A stretch of DNA of 64,000 nt. Source: Acanthaster planci (Eukaryota). The DNA is taken from assembly GCF_001949145.1 (NCBI RefSeq), contig NW_019091355.1, positions 1,176,083 through 1,240,082 on the forward strand, read 5' to 3'. The notes under the pieces were generated by a model. It was not told the origin of the DNA. It ran no database searches and saw only the letters and a program-made list of their open reading frames with translations. Shown in pieces: positions 24,501-38,548 of the stretch (positions within the stretch are counted from its first letter, which is position 1; each line of letters opens with the position of its first letter). A program made the position numbers and the translations under genes.

Positions 24501-27500
24501 ACAGTGCACAGTACTAAATGAACACTGTGGTGATTGTTTTTTTTAGAAATAGAATGCTCACGTAGGGTGATATAGGCCTAAGGGATTTTGTGATATTTAG
24601 TGATCACAAAGTTTGTATTTCTCATGAGCTTATTTAGGTGTGCAACGACATCCTTGCTTCTGTCAGATCTGGTTCTCTTTGAAGATTATTCTTTTGCCGG
24701 GCTTTGTGTGTCACCAGTTGCAGCAAGGGAAACTTTTACGTGTGACATTTAGCCCTGTGTTATTTGCACTGACTGCTGCCCACACCGATTCATGTCACGG
24801 ATCTGTCGTAAGTCTGCCCTTCCGGCAACCGCTTTAGCGCGTCGCCTTCCCGCGTTTGTCTCCAGCCAGCACTTGGTACGAGGGTTTACAGGGAAGGGTT
24901 GAGAGCTGGGAATGGCAACATTCAGTAAAACCTCTTATGGGCTTAAGGACTGTTTGCTGTTTCCTTTCTTTGCATTTTTCTCGGAGGCTGTCTGCATTCA
25001 GAGCACGTCGAACTAAACGCTTCCGTGGGCATTCTTTTGTTTTTAATGGTGAAAGGTTTCGACCAATTATTCATTCGAGAATGCCCACGTGGACACACTT
25101 GTTTTACCGTCATGTCTTCATTTTTTCCCTTTCAAATCAGCCAACTTCTTCGAATTCAAGCGTCAGAAAGAACAATGAAAGAAATTGCCCAAGAATTAAC
25201 TGCGCAGAATTTAAGATAATGAAATAATAGACATTCATTTTCAGGCGGGAAACCTTACACGTAGGCCTGTGGACAGCTGTCCAGCCGTTATAAAATGAGG
25301 GAGGGTTCAAAGTATGTTTGCATTCAACTAGAACGAACACATTATTAGACACGTATAAACTGGCACATATTCGCAAACAAAACATTTATTAAACAGTAGC
25401 CACTGTATGAAAACTAACATCTGATTTACTCTAGAGGCTTTGTGTTCCATGAAAACTGTCAGAAGCGCTTCAGTCCACAGCTATATCGAGGGCTTGTGGA
25501 TTTTAGCAACAGTGCAACGCCTGGGTACTTGACATGAGCTACTGCAGTAATTAACACATATTAACGGAAGCTCCAGCAGTAGGTTACTGTACTTCTCATT
25601 TTGATTGATTACTATTTGACAGATAGATACTTTTTATGTCTGTAAAAACATACGCAGTATTCACACAACCCTATGTGTCACGAACTCCATGCGATAAAAA
25701 GCAATTTTACGCAGCGTGTGGTTACCAAGTAATTTGTTTGGTGTTCAAAAAGACACCGTCTCAAAACTTGGCAGGTTGTAATTTGAAGAGTTGTTAATGC
25801 CACTTATCCTGATGGATAGAGTACGCCTTGAGTGACAGAGAGCTTTTCAACAGAAATGCTTTATAAATGACAGTCTCATTGTCACATATTTATTGTCAAA
25901 ATCTTTGAAAAACTGACAATCAAAAACGCACACGATATATGAAGGCGTAGGGTGTGTTCGTAATGTTTTGTGATAAGGTAATTTGATGTCCTTGTTTATA
26001 CCGAAGCGACATCAATGGATAGCAGTAACAATACTCTTTTTTCTGGGACAAGCGGAGGGCCACTGGCAGCCGTGTACGGATTTCATGCACAGTAAACGCT
26101 GACGTGAACCAGCGCCCCGTCCATTACGCTCTCTCGTCAAAAGGTAACACACTAGACCCTCTTTTGCTCGTACGGGTACAAGACGTTGACAACTCAAGCC
26201 CCAGCCCTCCTTATAAATATTGCCACATATATGATGAATTGAAGTCTTAAACAAATTTTCACGATAATTTTTGTGCATTGGAATAGTTTTAACCTTTTTG
26301 TAAGGCTTTTCCGTTTATCAGCTCGACCCTGTAAAGAAAGATTATGAAAATGGATGACGTATGATTGAACAGCGGTATTCAGTACCATGTTTGAATGCAT
26401 GGAAAGGGATTCTCTTATTTTGTTAGTCGGTCAACATTGTAATTATATCTGCTAAGAAACAAAAAGTTGCGACCAGTCTATTAGGCTTGCTAAACCTTGT
26501 CTGCTGCTTAGTTGATTGTTATCATGTGAAATTGATTTCAGAGAGGTAGCTCTTCACGAACCTCATCAAACAGCGGCGTCACTATCTGGGTCACAAAATA
26601 CCTCTGGTGCTGCTTCATAGCTTCAGTAAAACCACATCTTCTGCGCTGTCTACGGGTTGGTGTTTTCGGCTGGCTATTACCAGCTCACAGGGGAAGGGGT
26701 TGCTGGGGCACAAAGTCAATATTTCCCGGGAGTACTGTGCAAGAAAGACTGTTTGAAAAGGAGACGGAATTCTCGGGAAGTTAGGGTGGCAATCAACACG
26801 TGTTCTGGTCTCAAGCGCCAGTCGATCAAATTACTGCGCGCCCCACGCGCCCTTAAAAACACAAAACGCGGACGTTTTCCACAGTCTGTTTAAAAACTTG
26901 AGTGACGAGTGAACTTTTTTTTACGAAAGTGCTTCACAAAGCGTGAAGCTATTAAATCGAGTTTTTCTTCAGCTGCAGGTAAAACTTTCTATTAGTTTTT
27001 GTAAGCGTGATCGTTTATACAGAAACGCCAACTTATTTTCATAATAAATTTAATGACTTGAGTTGCTCAGCGCTGAACTGCAGCAATTGTCTTCCCAAAT
27101 TAATTTCCATATAAAAGCCGTCGTTTGCAAAATGTGTACGCAATTTTGTAGAGCAAACGGTAACAAACTCTATGACAAGTCAAACCTTTACCCTACCTCA
27201 AACAGAAGGGCATAAACAGACACGATGACATGGCACTGAATGTATATTCAAAAAGCTGTATGCCACAGGCAACTTTGATTTATAAAGCTTTCTACAGTTT
27301 ATAAAGCATTAGAAATAAAGTAAATCCCTTTGGGGAACCCTGTGAATAATGTTCCCCCGCCGCTTTTAACTTCGCCTGAATTGCAGACCGTACGTACTCT
27401 CGAAAGCCGCAGTCAGAGCTGATGGATTGATCTGGACAATCCAATACATTCCCCTCTCAAGGCATCCCAGACTCTAGACTTGTAAAACTACAGATTGGCG

Positions 27501-28336
27501 ACAGACTTTCATTTTAAACAGCATCAATCACTGAAATTCGCCATTTAAGAAAAACGAGGAAAGAACACAGCGCGGGGCTGCAGTCTCTGAGAAAGCCTTC
27601 ATCGGTTTCTTTCATAGCAACGGAGTCTCTAACTTTATAATATTAATTCTGGTAGGTAAATAAAACGATGATAGGAAATTAACAAATAAAGGTGTTAAAA
27701 TACCACAGCCTCTGCTACAGTACGCATTTCTTTAAAAATGTCAGCAGTCCTCTAATTAGTAGTTTCTTTGAAGGGTCTTCAGCCTACCAGAATTAAATAT
27801 CGTCTATGGTTTTTCTGTGTTTTGCAAATTTATTTGATATATATGTTTTATATATATTTGGTAGAACGGTCTAACAACGTCCTGAAAAGCAATATTATGG
27901 CTGTCCCAAAGTACAAAGAGAAGAATAGAACCCTCATGTTAAGCAATTACTCAAGGCACAACGATTTTTGGATAAAGGCTTTTCCTCATAACAATTGCTG
28001 CTCATGCGCTACAATTTGGAAGGAAAAACCGAGCGTGATATTTTGTAAGGCAGTTTAAATTTCCTGTAAAAACATGTCCTGTCCAGAAGTTTCTGCCCCA
28101 AGTTACTTCGCCCCAACAGCTCAGGAAGCAGGCGTTGTGGTTGATATCTAATTGGTGAATCAGGATAAATTAAGTAGTGCTTTTAGTCCATCAGTGTCTG
28201 CTGGCCAAAAGTGCCTATAATGCGTCATTTGTAAGGGTCTGATGCCAACTGTACGGTTTTAGGGAAGCAGACGTGATGCATTGAAGGACAGTTTGCTTTA
28301 ACACAAAAGAGAATGTTAGTATTGTTTACTCTCAAA

Positions 28337-28747
28337 CAGTAGCGGTCAGTAATATATCACGCATGTTGAAAATAAAAGTGTAACAAATGATGGAAAAAAC
28401 TCCCACACAGTAGCGGTCAATAATACACCAAGCACGTTGAAAATGAAAGTATAACAAATGATGGAAAAAACTCCCACACATTAGCGGTGAGTAATATAAC
28501 AGGCACGTTAAAAATAAAAGTATAACAAATGATGGGAAAAAAATCTCACACAGTAGCGGTCAATAATATATCACGCAAGTTGAAAATAAATAAAAGTATA
28601 ACAAATGACAGAAAGAAATTCTCACACATTAGCGGTCAATAATATTCCACGCGCGTTGAAAATAAAAGTATAACAAATCATGGAAAGAAATTCTAACAGA
28701 GTAGCGGTCAATAATATATTAGGCATGTTGAAAAAGAGTATAACAAA
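28337..28747. repeat. Minisatellite, ~71-bp unit, about 5.7 copies
   Basis: Unit approximates cagtagcggtcaataatatatcacgcacgttgaaaataaaagtataacaaatgatggaaaaaactcccaca; starts at 28337 and 28408, period 71-76. Confidence 0.95.
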
Positions 28748-31700
28748 AACAAATAGAATTTGAATTTTGTGATGTAGTTTTCAGTTTGCAGCCTTTAGTT
28801 TAATTGCTCGGTGAAGACGGTAAGTGGGTGGTTTAATCAGGTAAACATAAACGCGTGATTACTTCAACGCAAAAAACACGTATGGGATTATTTCGAGAGA
28901 TATCGTCTTTTAAATTTACCGAAGCTTTCTGAAGCCTTTCGGAAATTCACTTTAGTTGTTCAATAAAAGTATAGAACAGTAAAAGATTTTCACTACTAGT
29001 CACATTATGAAAAGATTCAATCAATTCTCGTGATCCCTTCATTATTGGGGACTCTTTGAGGTGGAATTTTGAAGGAGGCAGAATATATTAGGGTTCATAT
29101 TTCCCTCTAGTCATGAGATCTTTGAGCTTTGAAAAGATGACAGAGGTTTAGGCTTTCATGCCCACTTCATGATTGAGACTGGTGTCCCACACAAAACTTG
29201 CAGGCGCAGGGGGATTCAACCCGTTTCACAATAAGCAATGCGCTCCAGGGACCGTGTATTATGGAAAAATGAGGGAGGAACTGGATGCCTGTGTAGGCGA
29301 TACAACCACAATACAAAACCCGATACCCCCAGTCCATGTGGATTTGCACGGGGGAAAGGGACGAAGATAGCCCCGATGAAGATGTCACCTCGAATCGTTA
29401 ACGGTCGTGCCCGCGGAATTGGATCGGCCTCGATGCAGCGTTCAAAATACAACACAGAGGAAAACGCGGAGATATTCTATACGCTATAGCTGTTGGACAG
29501 TGACATTTTAAGGGGATCGTTCTTATTTCCCTTTCGTGGGGGTATGGATTACCAGTTCGGTATGCTATCTTACATCTCCAAAGGGTAAAATCGCTCATGA
29601 TTTTCTTTTCGAGGAGGAACACTGACCCCCTGGAAATAACTGCATCGTACCACGGTAATTTGGACCCAATGGTTACTTCGTCATGAAATAAATAACGAAG
29701 TATACACACAAGATACATCCGAATCACATATTCTCAATCAGCTTGATTAGACCTACTGTAAGCATCTTCTGCACTACTCTTCACGCCCACTTATTGTCAA
29801 AGACTGGACATTAATGTCAAGGACGGTTCGAGACGATTCGAGAAATTTACGGAATGGTAAACTTCTTTTTTTTTCTGCTTGAGTTCTGGTGATTTCTTTC
29901 TCAACATCTTCAATCTTACATAATAGGGTGAGTGCCACGCGTGAATTATCTGAGGGGAAGTTTCAGGAGGTGTTAGAAAGGAGCTGAATGTAAAGGAGCT
30001 TTCACATGGAATTAGAATGTGCATCGAAGCGTATTTCAAACAGAAACGCAAGAAAAACAGGATTTATGTCAACAGGAAGACCGGGGAGGGGAGACTGTAA
30101 CCACACGGTTCTTATGCACTATTAAAACTGACGAAAATGATTTTAAACAGGGCACACCTTGTCTGTGATGCCTTTCAAACGACACCTATGTAAAAAAAGA
30201 GTGTTGAGAAGCAATCGATTTATAGCATCGGGCACATTTCGTTTAAATAGGGCAAGTCTGACCCTAAGCTATAACCTACAAAAATACATGCTCAAGCAGG
30301 AAGCAGCAAACAGAGAAGTCTTCCAAAGAAAAATATACTGACAGTTACGCGGATCGTGGATGTGATGCCCCCGTGAACGAAGAAAAGGTGAAATCCCCTG
30401 AGAATATTGTCACGATTTTTTTTCTTTGCTCGTCCAACAAAATGACGAGATCAATATTGATCCCGGGGTTTCCGATTACCCCTGAATAGCGCAATTCATA
30501 TCGGGCATCAGCCAGACAAATTTCCTTTTTCATTAGGAGTGGATGGTCCGGGCAGACTCAACCAGACTCGGGACTCACGTGACTTTATGAGTCTTATCCC
30601 TTTTCTTTCCTATGACTTCTCGTTGTTTATCTCCTCCCAGGTCAAAAACGTCTTTGGCAGTATAAACGCAGGTTCTATTCTCATTTCCATATCCCTAAAA
30701 ACATCTCTTTTCAAGCGTGTCCTTCTCTTAGCCATCACTTCTAAGCATTTATTTCCGGATAAATGTGCCAGGTCTAGCACAATTGTGTCATGTTGGGTAC
30801 GGATATGGGAGGTCAGGAACGGAAAAGTCCTCCAGCCCCCATTGAACCTAGATTTTGCTTATCGAACTTTGGTTTTATTTTCCTGAGCTTCAACGAACTT
30901 CCGTTCAACTAAAAATATTCCTTCATGCGCTACAGTTACATCCATTATGGAATTCGTTGTATTCAAAAATTCCAAAAGTTCCATAGAGCAATGCGATATC
31001 GTTTGCATTTAGAATTGAACTTGTAGATATTAAAGTTGAATATGACGTCTTTTAATTTTTGAGAAGTTCGATTTTGGGGTTTAATGATACCACTGTTATA
31101 TTGGTTCGCGTGAAAAACAATTCATAAAGCCAGCCATTCATAGCCATTCATATACTGCAGCTACAGTATGCAATGATTTGATGCGGATTTATTATTGTTA
31201 TTGATAAGGATATATTATTGTTATTGATAAGTAATCATTATCGATAAGTAATTACTTGCAATAAGGATAGAATCATGTCCATTTTGAGGCTGGATGTCCT
31301 TTCAAAATATTGTCCATCTGATCTTAGTGTAAATTATGCATTGAAAAAGGAGTTGGATTTACCCGCCAACTCTCAATTTGTTTTCACTGTTTCAAAATGG
31401 TACACCACCCAATGAGCTCTATTTCCTCTCCGATGTCCAGCATATTGACAAAACCCTTTCACCCTAATCACTTGTCCCGGGTCTTTAATTTTTCTCGCTG
31501 TTAGTTTTGCTTGTTTTGGCCGTAGCTTCTTGTCAGCTCCAATATTTGCACGCTCGTTTGGCTGCTCGCCCGAGGTGTTTTTCAGAAAGTTCGGGGCCAT
31601 AACTGACCGCTTGCAGGAAAATTCAGATAGCCTTTCCTCTCGAGGTCCTTTTTGAAGGATTACGCTTCTACATGATATGTTTTACTGATTTTACTTATCG

Positions 31701-33673
31701 TAAAATCAGTACGCACAGAAATCGTTCAACATTGATATCATTTCCCACAGTGCGAACAAAGCAACCGATTCCGCTCTTCGTATATTATGCATCCGGGCTG
31801 TTGACACTCTGATCAAGTTTCTGCCAGGCGCGCTGTTTCTCAGTCGAAAGCAAACACCCCCTCGAAAAACGGTGGCACTGGACGAACTTCATTAACTTCT
31901 TAAATTACCACAGAATGTCTGATATTAGCGAGAAAATATGAGGGGGCCAGTCTAGTTTATTCAGAGTTGGGAGTGTTGAGCTCGATGGCATAGATTTTAC
32001 GTGGGGGGTGGTCAGTGTGGACAACGCTCATCACCTGTCGGGGCCTCTGCTAGCTGTCAAATACAGCGGCTCTCACAGCTGAGACCTGTGATGGAATCGA
32101 CGCGGAATTGGAAAACAGGTGTATTTGGCGAACGGCGACCGATTCTTACAGTCGCCTGACGGAATAGATGGGTCATCACTGCGCGTTTTTCAAGTGGGCA
32201 CTTGCAGTGCAATCACGTTGGAGTCCCAGCACCAGCCCTGGTTTATCATAAATCTTTAGGAATCGGCACAAAAACAATTCTGCCCTCTGTTTGATATGTA
32301 ACTTTTCTTGATGAATAAAATAAAGGATACTCTCTTTGTCTTTTGACACCCCCTTAAGAATTTAGCACCAATACACAGCCACATGTTCCCTCACGAGGTA
32401 GGGTTCACAAGCGATAGCACACAGGATTGCTCGCTGAAACCGCCACTTTTCAGTAAATTATAGGGCCACCAACAAGTCTTTCTCTGACAGTTAATTAGCC
32501 AAGAGAGGACCTCTCACATTACGACTTCCCTGACAACTGGAAAGATATTACCTCTCACCACGTTGGAACAGTTAGGCTGCATGCCAAACCACGTGAAGAT
32601 TGAATTCGGTATTTAGGCCTGCTAAACAGACATTTTGAAAAACATCATTGAAAAAATCCGGAAATAGAAACCAGTACTGTTTAAAGGGTTGTATTTGTAT
32701 AGCCATGTTCTATCAAGGCGTAGGCGAGTGGATGTCTCCCTCATTCGACCCGAACGCCAATCCAGCACGAACTAATTGTTACCTTGTGAAGAAAGACTTC
32801 GGTTGGAGATGTATTTGAGGACGCAAAAGATATGGCATGACCGTACAAATCGAGTGTACTTCATAGAGCAGTTTCAAGTGAAAGACAGCACAATCTTAGA
32901 TCTTGATACGTGCTCCCGAGCAGTGATCTTTAATGTAGGAAGATCTTTGCATTCAAGATAACAAGGCGCATCAAGTTCGTCAAAGAGGTGAAAGATGTTT
33001 GACAGAGAGGTATAGTGAAAGTCAACACCTGCTTGAACTTGAATAAACACTGGTATGAATATCGGAAGATAGTAGAAAAACCTGTAAGGAGGGAAAATGG
33101 ATGGTTAGCTTGTTCATTGTCCAGGAGCAGCACCAATATATGTGTGTAATGACAGTAAGACTCCATGGTCTGCGTGCGCATTCCTTCACCAGCCCCTGCT
33201 CGTAATTCGAAAATGACGCTGACTGGCTATTCCGTATGAATATACATCAACATTAGGGAGACATTCCCATAAGAACGTGCACACAATTTTTCCAACTTAA
33301 CTGTCCCATAATTCAATATTCCCTAATCTGATCTGAACGAAACTTTGAATGTTTTCATTTTAGACCCTAGTCTATCATCTCTCAAAATTTGGATGGTAAA
33401 ATTTGGCCTCCTTCTGGTAGTTTGAAAACAAGGAGACACTTAGATGTCTCCCTAAAAGCCAATGTCTCTTTAATGCTGAAAAATTTACCACAAAATGTCT
33501 TCTAAATGACCTATTTGTAAATATATATGAACTGCTACAATACACATGTACACGGACTCACAAAGGACAACTAAGGAGACAGGACCACACAATGTAGACC
33601 TACGCGTGAAAGTGAAACTTTGATAAACTGTTAGTCAACCAAATCGATGTAATGAGCCCCGCACTGGGCAAGG

Positions 33674-33841
33674 GAGGGCGCAACTTTAACGGAGACTCCT
33701 TTGGCGGGAATTGCTTTTCACCGGTTAACAAACGACTATGAAATTCACACGTTGAGGTCGCGTCGGTACCAACAAATTGAACACTCGCTACCAACATTGG
33801 TCTTTTCAACTGATGAAGGGGTGCTTCTGCTCAAGGCGGAT
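33674..33841 (+). repeat. Second copy of the interspersed repeat at 824-1001
   Basis: Colinear matches gagggcgc, cctttgg, aacgact, taccaacaaa.tgaacactc, tcttttcaac and the identical 25-mer. Confidence 0.8.
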
Positions 33842-36800
33842 AATGAGGGAAAATGCACTCCATTGTGATGATAGTTCTATTAATGATTTATGCATCACAT
33901 CACCTTTTACCACCTTACCTTTTCTTCTTGAAGTTTTAAGAGATGTGTTGGGTGGCAATAGTCGTGAATAAAGTAGTGCAAACAGGCAACCGATTGCGTG
34001 TATATGTTGCCAGGTGGTGGGTGAACTTAACTGAGTGACAATCGAGTTGATGGGCCTCGATGGTCCCCAGAGCATTCATGATGCCCTAATGATCTGATAA
34101 AAGCCAGTCCCGATCTATAGCGCCTCTTGCTTTTGACGGGTTCGCAAAAAGGCGGTGTTATCAAAGAACTGGATCATTCCGGGCAGGTGCTCCGCCAAAC
34201 GGAGTCTGTCCGCATTTTGCTCTGGCAATAATAAAGTACAATATGCCACACCTGTAACTCCAACCAAACGGGGCACTTTAGAGACGCTTGGTGGCAGTAA
34301 ACATACCGGTCCCACGTTATTGGTCCAGTACTGTTTCCGTTATTTTGAGTGACAACAGTGGACAAGTCATGTTGGACATGTATGATGGCCATCACCAAGC
34401 AAAGTCCCGCGTGTGTTTCCACCGTAATATAATGTCATCATTGCTATTTTTGAGACCATGTATTTCTAACCCCTTGGTATACAGAGAGAGAGATTCCTGC
34501 ATAATTATGTGCATAATGAAACTAATTTATACCTATACCGGTTGCAGAATAATACCATTATTGTGAAGTTTCATTTGCCATTTACTGAAATGCAGAATGT
34601 TTATATTTTTGACAGATTGTTTGCTGACAAATTCCTTCGTATCTCCTCCTTATAGTCTCAGTGTCGTCCGTCTACTGTATTTCACTCAAAAGGGGAAGGA
34701 TACCTGCACGTACATTTTATATTTGGTTTTGTTTCTGGTGTTCCTAGGTGCTTCAATCCAAGAGTGGTTATAAGTTGAATCAACTTCAAGTCCTATCGTT
34801 AATGCTGTAATTTAAACCATTATTTAATCTCCAAGCATATGAAAATTTCGGTCCTATTGACTTTTTTTCGCAGTAACATTTATTTGATCACTTCAATCAG
34901 TGAGCTGAGTTTGCCTTGCGCAACCTTTAAAAAATTCTTGTCTCGAGATAAATTAATGACCTATACCATTCCATTCAAGTCTCTGGGTCCAATTGTCGGA
35001 TTGTTAGGTCTATTAGCCTATGTGCAAATTTAAATTTGAATAGGAACTTTAATCCTAAACAAACATGCAAGAGTAAAATCCAATTATACTGTTTCAAACT
35101 ACTCCACATAAAAAGAATTTGAAGACGCCTTCTTGAAAAGTTCACGATAGCACTGAAACGTTACTCTAACCAACTAACTGACCACTTGTGTCAATAACAG
35201 TTGATATCAAGGAGCAACGCGAAATTGCAGTTTTGAAGCCAGCCCTTTGTGGTGTCCGTTTTGCCACCTGTTATCCGCAGAGTTAATTGCCCCGTGCGGA
35301 TGAGTTGATCGGCTGTCACACGGCTGACGAGGGTGATGTAATCACACGCGGCGACACAAACGGTGTGTGGTTCGATCAGAGGCCACCAGACGGGCTGAAA
35401 GTCCACGCTCAAACCCATCTTGTACAAAATCTGTGCGCCGTGCGTCGTTGGAGATCGCAAAGGGCATTTATCCTGGACTTGTTGAGAGATTTAAATTGAC
35501 ATTGTGGCGCGGCCCCTTATTAAACCTAAACACCTCAGCACTTCAAGTACCTTTACCGTGGAGTATCCTACTAACTTTAAAGGGGCAGTGATATTTTTAC
35601 TTTTTAGGTAAGGTAACTTGGTCTACCAGATGGAGCAAAGCATTTTTTTAATCGCTAAATAATGACATAATTTTGGAGGAAAGCTAAATGTTGGTGTTAA
35701 ACTATTGTGTTAACCTTTTGAGCAGCGTAAATTAAACACAGCATCTCATCTGCTTGTTTCAGTAATAAATAGCCGTATGCAATTTGTTTTGCTGAGCTGC
35801 TTCTACCAATAGAGCGCCTACTTAAAGCGCCACAAGGGGAATGGAGAATATTGTCTTACTCGACCTTCTAAAACCACGCTAAAACAAGCTGAATGGTCTT
35901 TTTAGGGAAACAGTGGTGCTTCCTAACGCCTTCTTGCCCCCTCGAGTCCATCAAAAATTACGCGTACTTGAGTTCAGTCTGTCGAATATAACAGCCTCGA
36001 GTCCCACGCAATCCATTCTGATCGCTTGATTATCCGCCCCTTGTGTGTTGTATTGATCTGCCTCCAGCCGAGGTTACCCTTGACCCAAGGCCACATCGTC
36101 GTCACGGAGCTCAAGTGCAAAGGGGAGACAGAGTTAGAAGCAGATTGACAAATTGGAAAGGAAGGACCGGTTCCTCTTGCGCGGCAGGTGCATTTGAAAG
36201 TTGCCAAAACACAATTTCGAGCCTTTCAATATGAAAGATTATAATCAACTTGAAGGATATCGTAATAAGATATCAGTATATTAATAAAGTACTTTAACTA
36301 ATATTTGTTACATTCTGAGATGTTTATTTGTAATTGTATGTTTTATAATATGTACCGGTATATATTAGTGTTATATTTAAGAGAGGAATTCACAAACGAT
36401 ATTTATCGAGGATATGTAACATCAGGATAAAATGAAACAATAGAAATAGAAATTCCTGTTAAAAACCTGCTGGATTGACAATATTTGTATCCAACAAACT
36501 TTGTGATCTTAACGAAGTGTATTTACGTGTCTTGAATGTAACACATTATGCATCACTATAGGTCTTTTTTCAACATAGTGGCGTTCGACACCTCCATACT
36601 AAAAATTCACAGGACAGAGTGAAAAGGGGCACAAAATTGGTCAAATGTAAAAGTAGCGCGTGTTGTTGGACATAATGCTGGGGGGCGACCGTCACATTTT
36701 CTAAAGGTACTGCTGGCGAATTCGATTAAAACCACGCGGCAGTGTCACCAGCGGCCGTGAGGCTTTTCACCTGATAAAAAGGCAATGCCGCTTGCCACAC

Positions 36801-37683
36801 GTTAAAAATTCACCCACTTTTTGCCCTTGGAGAAATTAACGCCACCGCGTTTCAGAGCGAAAAACCTCCTCAGAAATGTAATACTAATGTAAAGGTTGAA
36901 CTAAAAACATGTTGGGAAGACTCAGTGGAACAGGGTACTGGCCACGTTAAGTGGTGTCATTCAGAATCCTGGTATTTTATATCCGGATAGATAGTCACTT
37001 CCAACACATCAATTTCATCGGGAGCTGCCAGTGTTTTGAGAATGAATACATCAGTTCATGATGTCAATTATATAATCCATATCAGTCAATATAGCTTGGT
37101 CCTTCATTGGTGCTCTAGTCTCTCTCATTTGTCCTTATTCTCTTTTCTTACCCTTCATGTATCTTGCCCCTTAGGTCTCCTATACGTCTCCTCCCCCCGT
37201 TATCCTTCCCCTCGTCCCTAGTCCCTACTCTCAATATTCCATCCTATTTTACCCCCGCCTTTCTATGTGTTGCTTATAGCTTGTGCGTGTGTGGTATATT
37301 TTGTATTTGTTTCATATTTTACATGTGTAGTTGTTCTTTGGTTTGCTTTATGTAATTTAGTGTATTTATTTAGTATCTGTATATACATGTATATTTTATA
37401 AATATCTGTACTTGGCAGGCAACCGCTGGTGGTAAATGAATTTAAAATGAACAAAATGAAAATATTCTATAGATTATCAATAATCGCACTGTCGACGGTA
37501 AGCGTGCGCATACGACTGGGCAAAACGTCCTCAATTGTTTATATTCAGTTATATTTCTACCAGTTTCCATATCGATATGCAACTGATTCGATATGCTGAT
37601 TTTCACTTTTGGAGTGTTCTTGAAAAAAAAATGAAATTCGACCGCATTAAATACCTTACATCCAACATGGAAGAAATACTCAC

Positions 37684-37817
37684 GAATGAGATGACATTGA
37701 CAGGTACAATTTCGTGATAAACTGTCACCGTGACTGACTCGTTGATAACTGGGCGGACCAGCCGGTTGTAATCTGTCAGTATCTCTTTTACTAGAGGTCT
37801 GGTGTCTGCGTAGACCA
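37684..37817 (-). CDS. Nicotinic acetylcholine receptor exon 2 (mature N-terminus)
   Basis: ttctttgtttcacag acceptor, gtgagt donor, phase 1 to 0. Encodes VYADTRPLVKEILTDYNRLVRPVINESVTVTVYHEIVPVNVISF (L..YN..VRPV.N motif) and joins in frame to the 45-nt exon across a ~22.4-kb intron. Confidence 0.9.
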
Positions 37818-38228
37818 CTGTGAAACAAAGAAAGAAACACTTCCAATTACAGTTGGTCATATCTGTGAAAAAGCACGTTTGGTGCTAAAACGACGAATAT
37901 AGCGGGCAGAATATTGTGTACCTGCAGCGCCATGCTTACCTCGTGTATGGCAAGGACATTCCTGGCTAAATAATCACATTCTTCACTGTAGGCCAAATAT
38001 GACTCACTTCAATTCACCTCGTCTAAATCTGTCATTAAATACCTTGTTACATGATTTCCTTCAGTAGTCATTCGAATTTAATAATTTATGAATGTGGAAA
38101 TGAATTGAATAATGTGATTGTGAATTGAATAGGATTTTTTTAAAATGTATTCACATAAGGTACTATTCTTAATGTTTATTTTAATCAATTGGCATTTGCT
38201 TTTTATTTACATGTTTGTGATTCTCTCA

Positions 38229-38292
38229 TAAAGTGTTTGAGGTTTTTAATGGAAGACGCTATATCAAGAACAAATTATAATTTTTATTATTA
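38229..38292 (+). mobile_element. Possible L2-clade LINE/SINE 3' tail remnant
   Basis: taaagtgtttgagg...acgctatatcaagaac...ttattatt resembles the 'gcgctatataag...(tta)n' tail; preceded by T-rich 3'UTR-like sequence. Confidence 0.35.
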
Positions 38293-38548
38293 AAATGCAA
38301 ATAAAATTCAAGTAGGAAAGAACTGTCAGAGGTAGGACGGTCGGTGTACATGAACAAAAATTATATATGCAACGTAAAAATAGCGCCCCCTAATGTTGCA
38401 AAACTGCAACTATTTCCCTTCACTTTGCGAATAATGTAGACTCTCATAGAGTTTCTAAAAACGGAATTTTATTATCGTCCCATTTTATACTCGTAGAGCC
38501 AAAACACTTCAGTGTCTTGCATAAATGCATTCCACAATTTTCGACAGT

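Noticed and set aside
28337..28747. CRISPR-like array
   Set aside because: Whole units are homologous, with no unique spacers and no cas genes, in a eukaryotic intron.
15310..37683. Nested protein-coding gene in the 22-kb intron (e.g. ORFs 22490-22819, 23114-23581, 29173-29370, 35287-35499)
   Set aside because: No recognisable domains and no chain of phase-compatible exons seen by eye; cannot be fully excluded without RNA-seq.
37940..37985. 46-nt segment with ag/gtaagc boundaries just upstream of exon 2, as candidate exon 1
   Set aside because: The frame required to join exon 2 contains TGA stops and no signal peptide.
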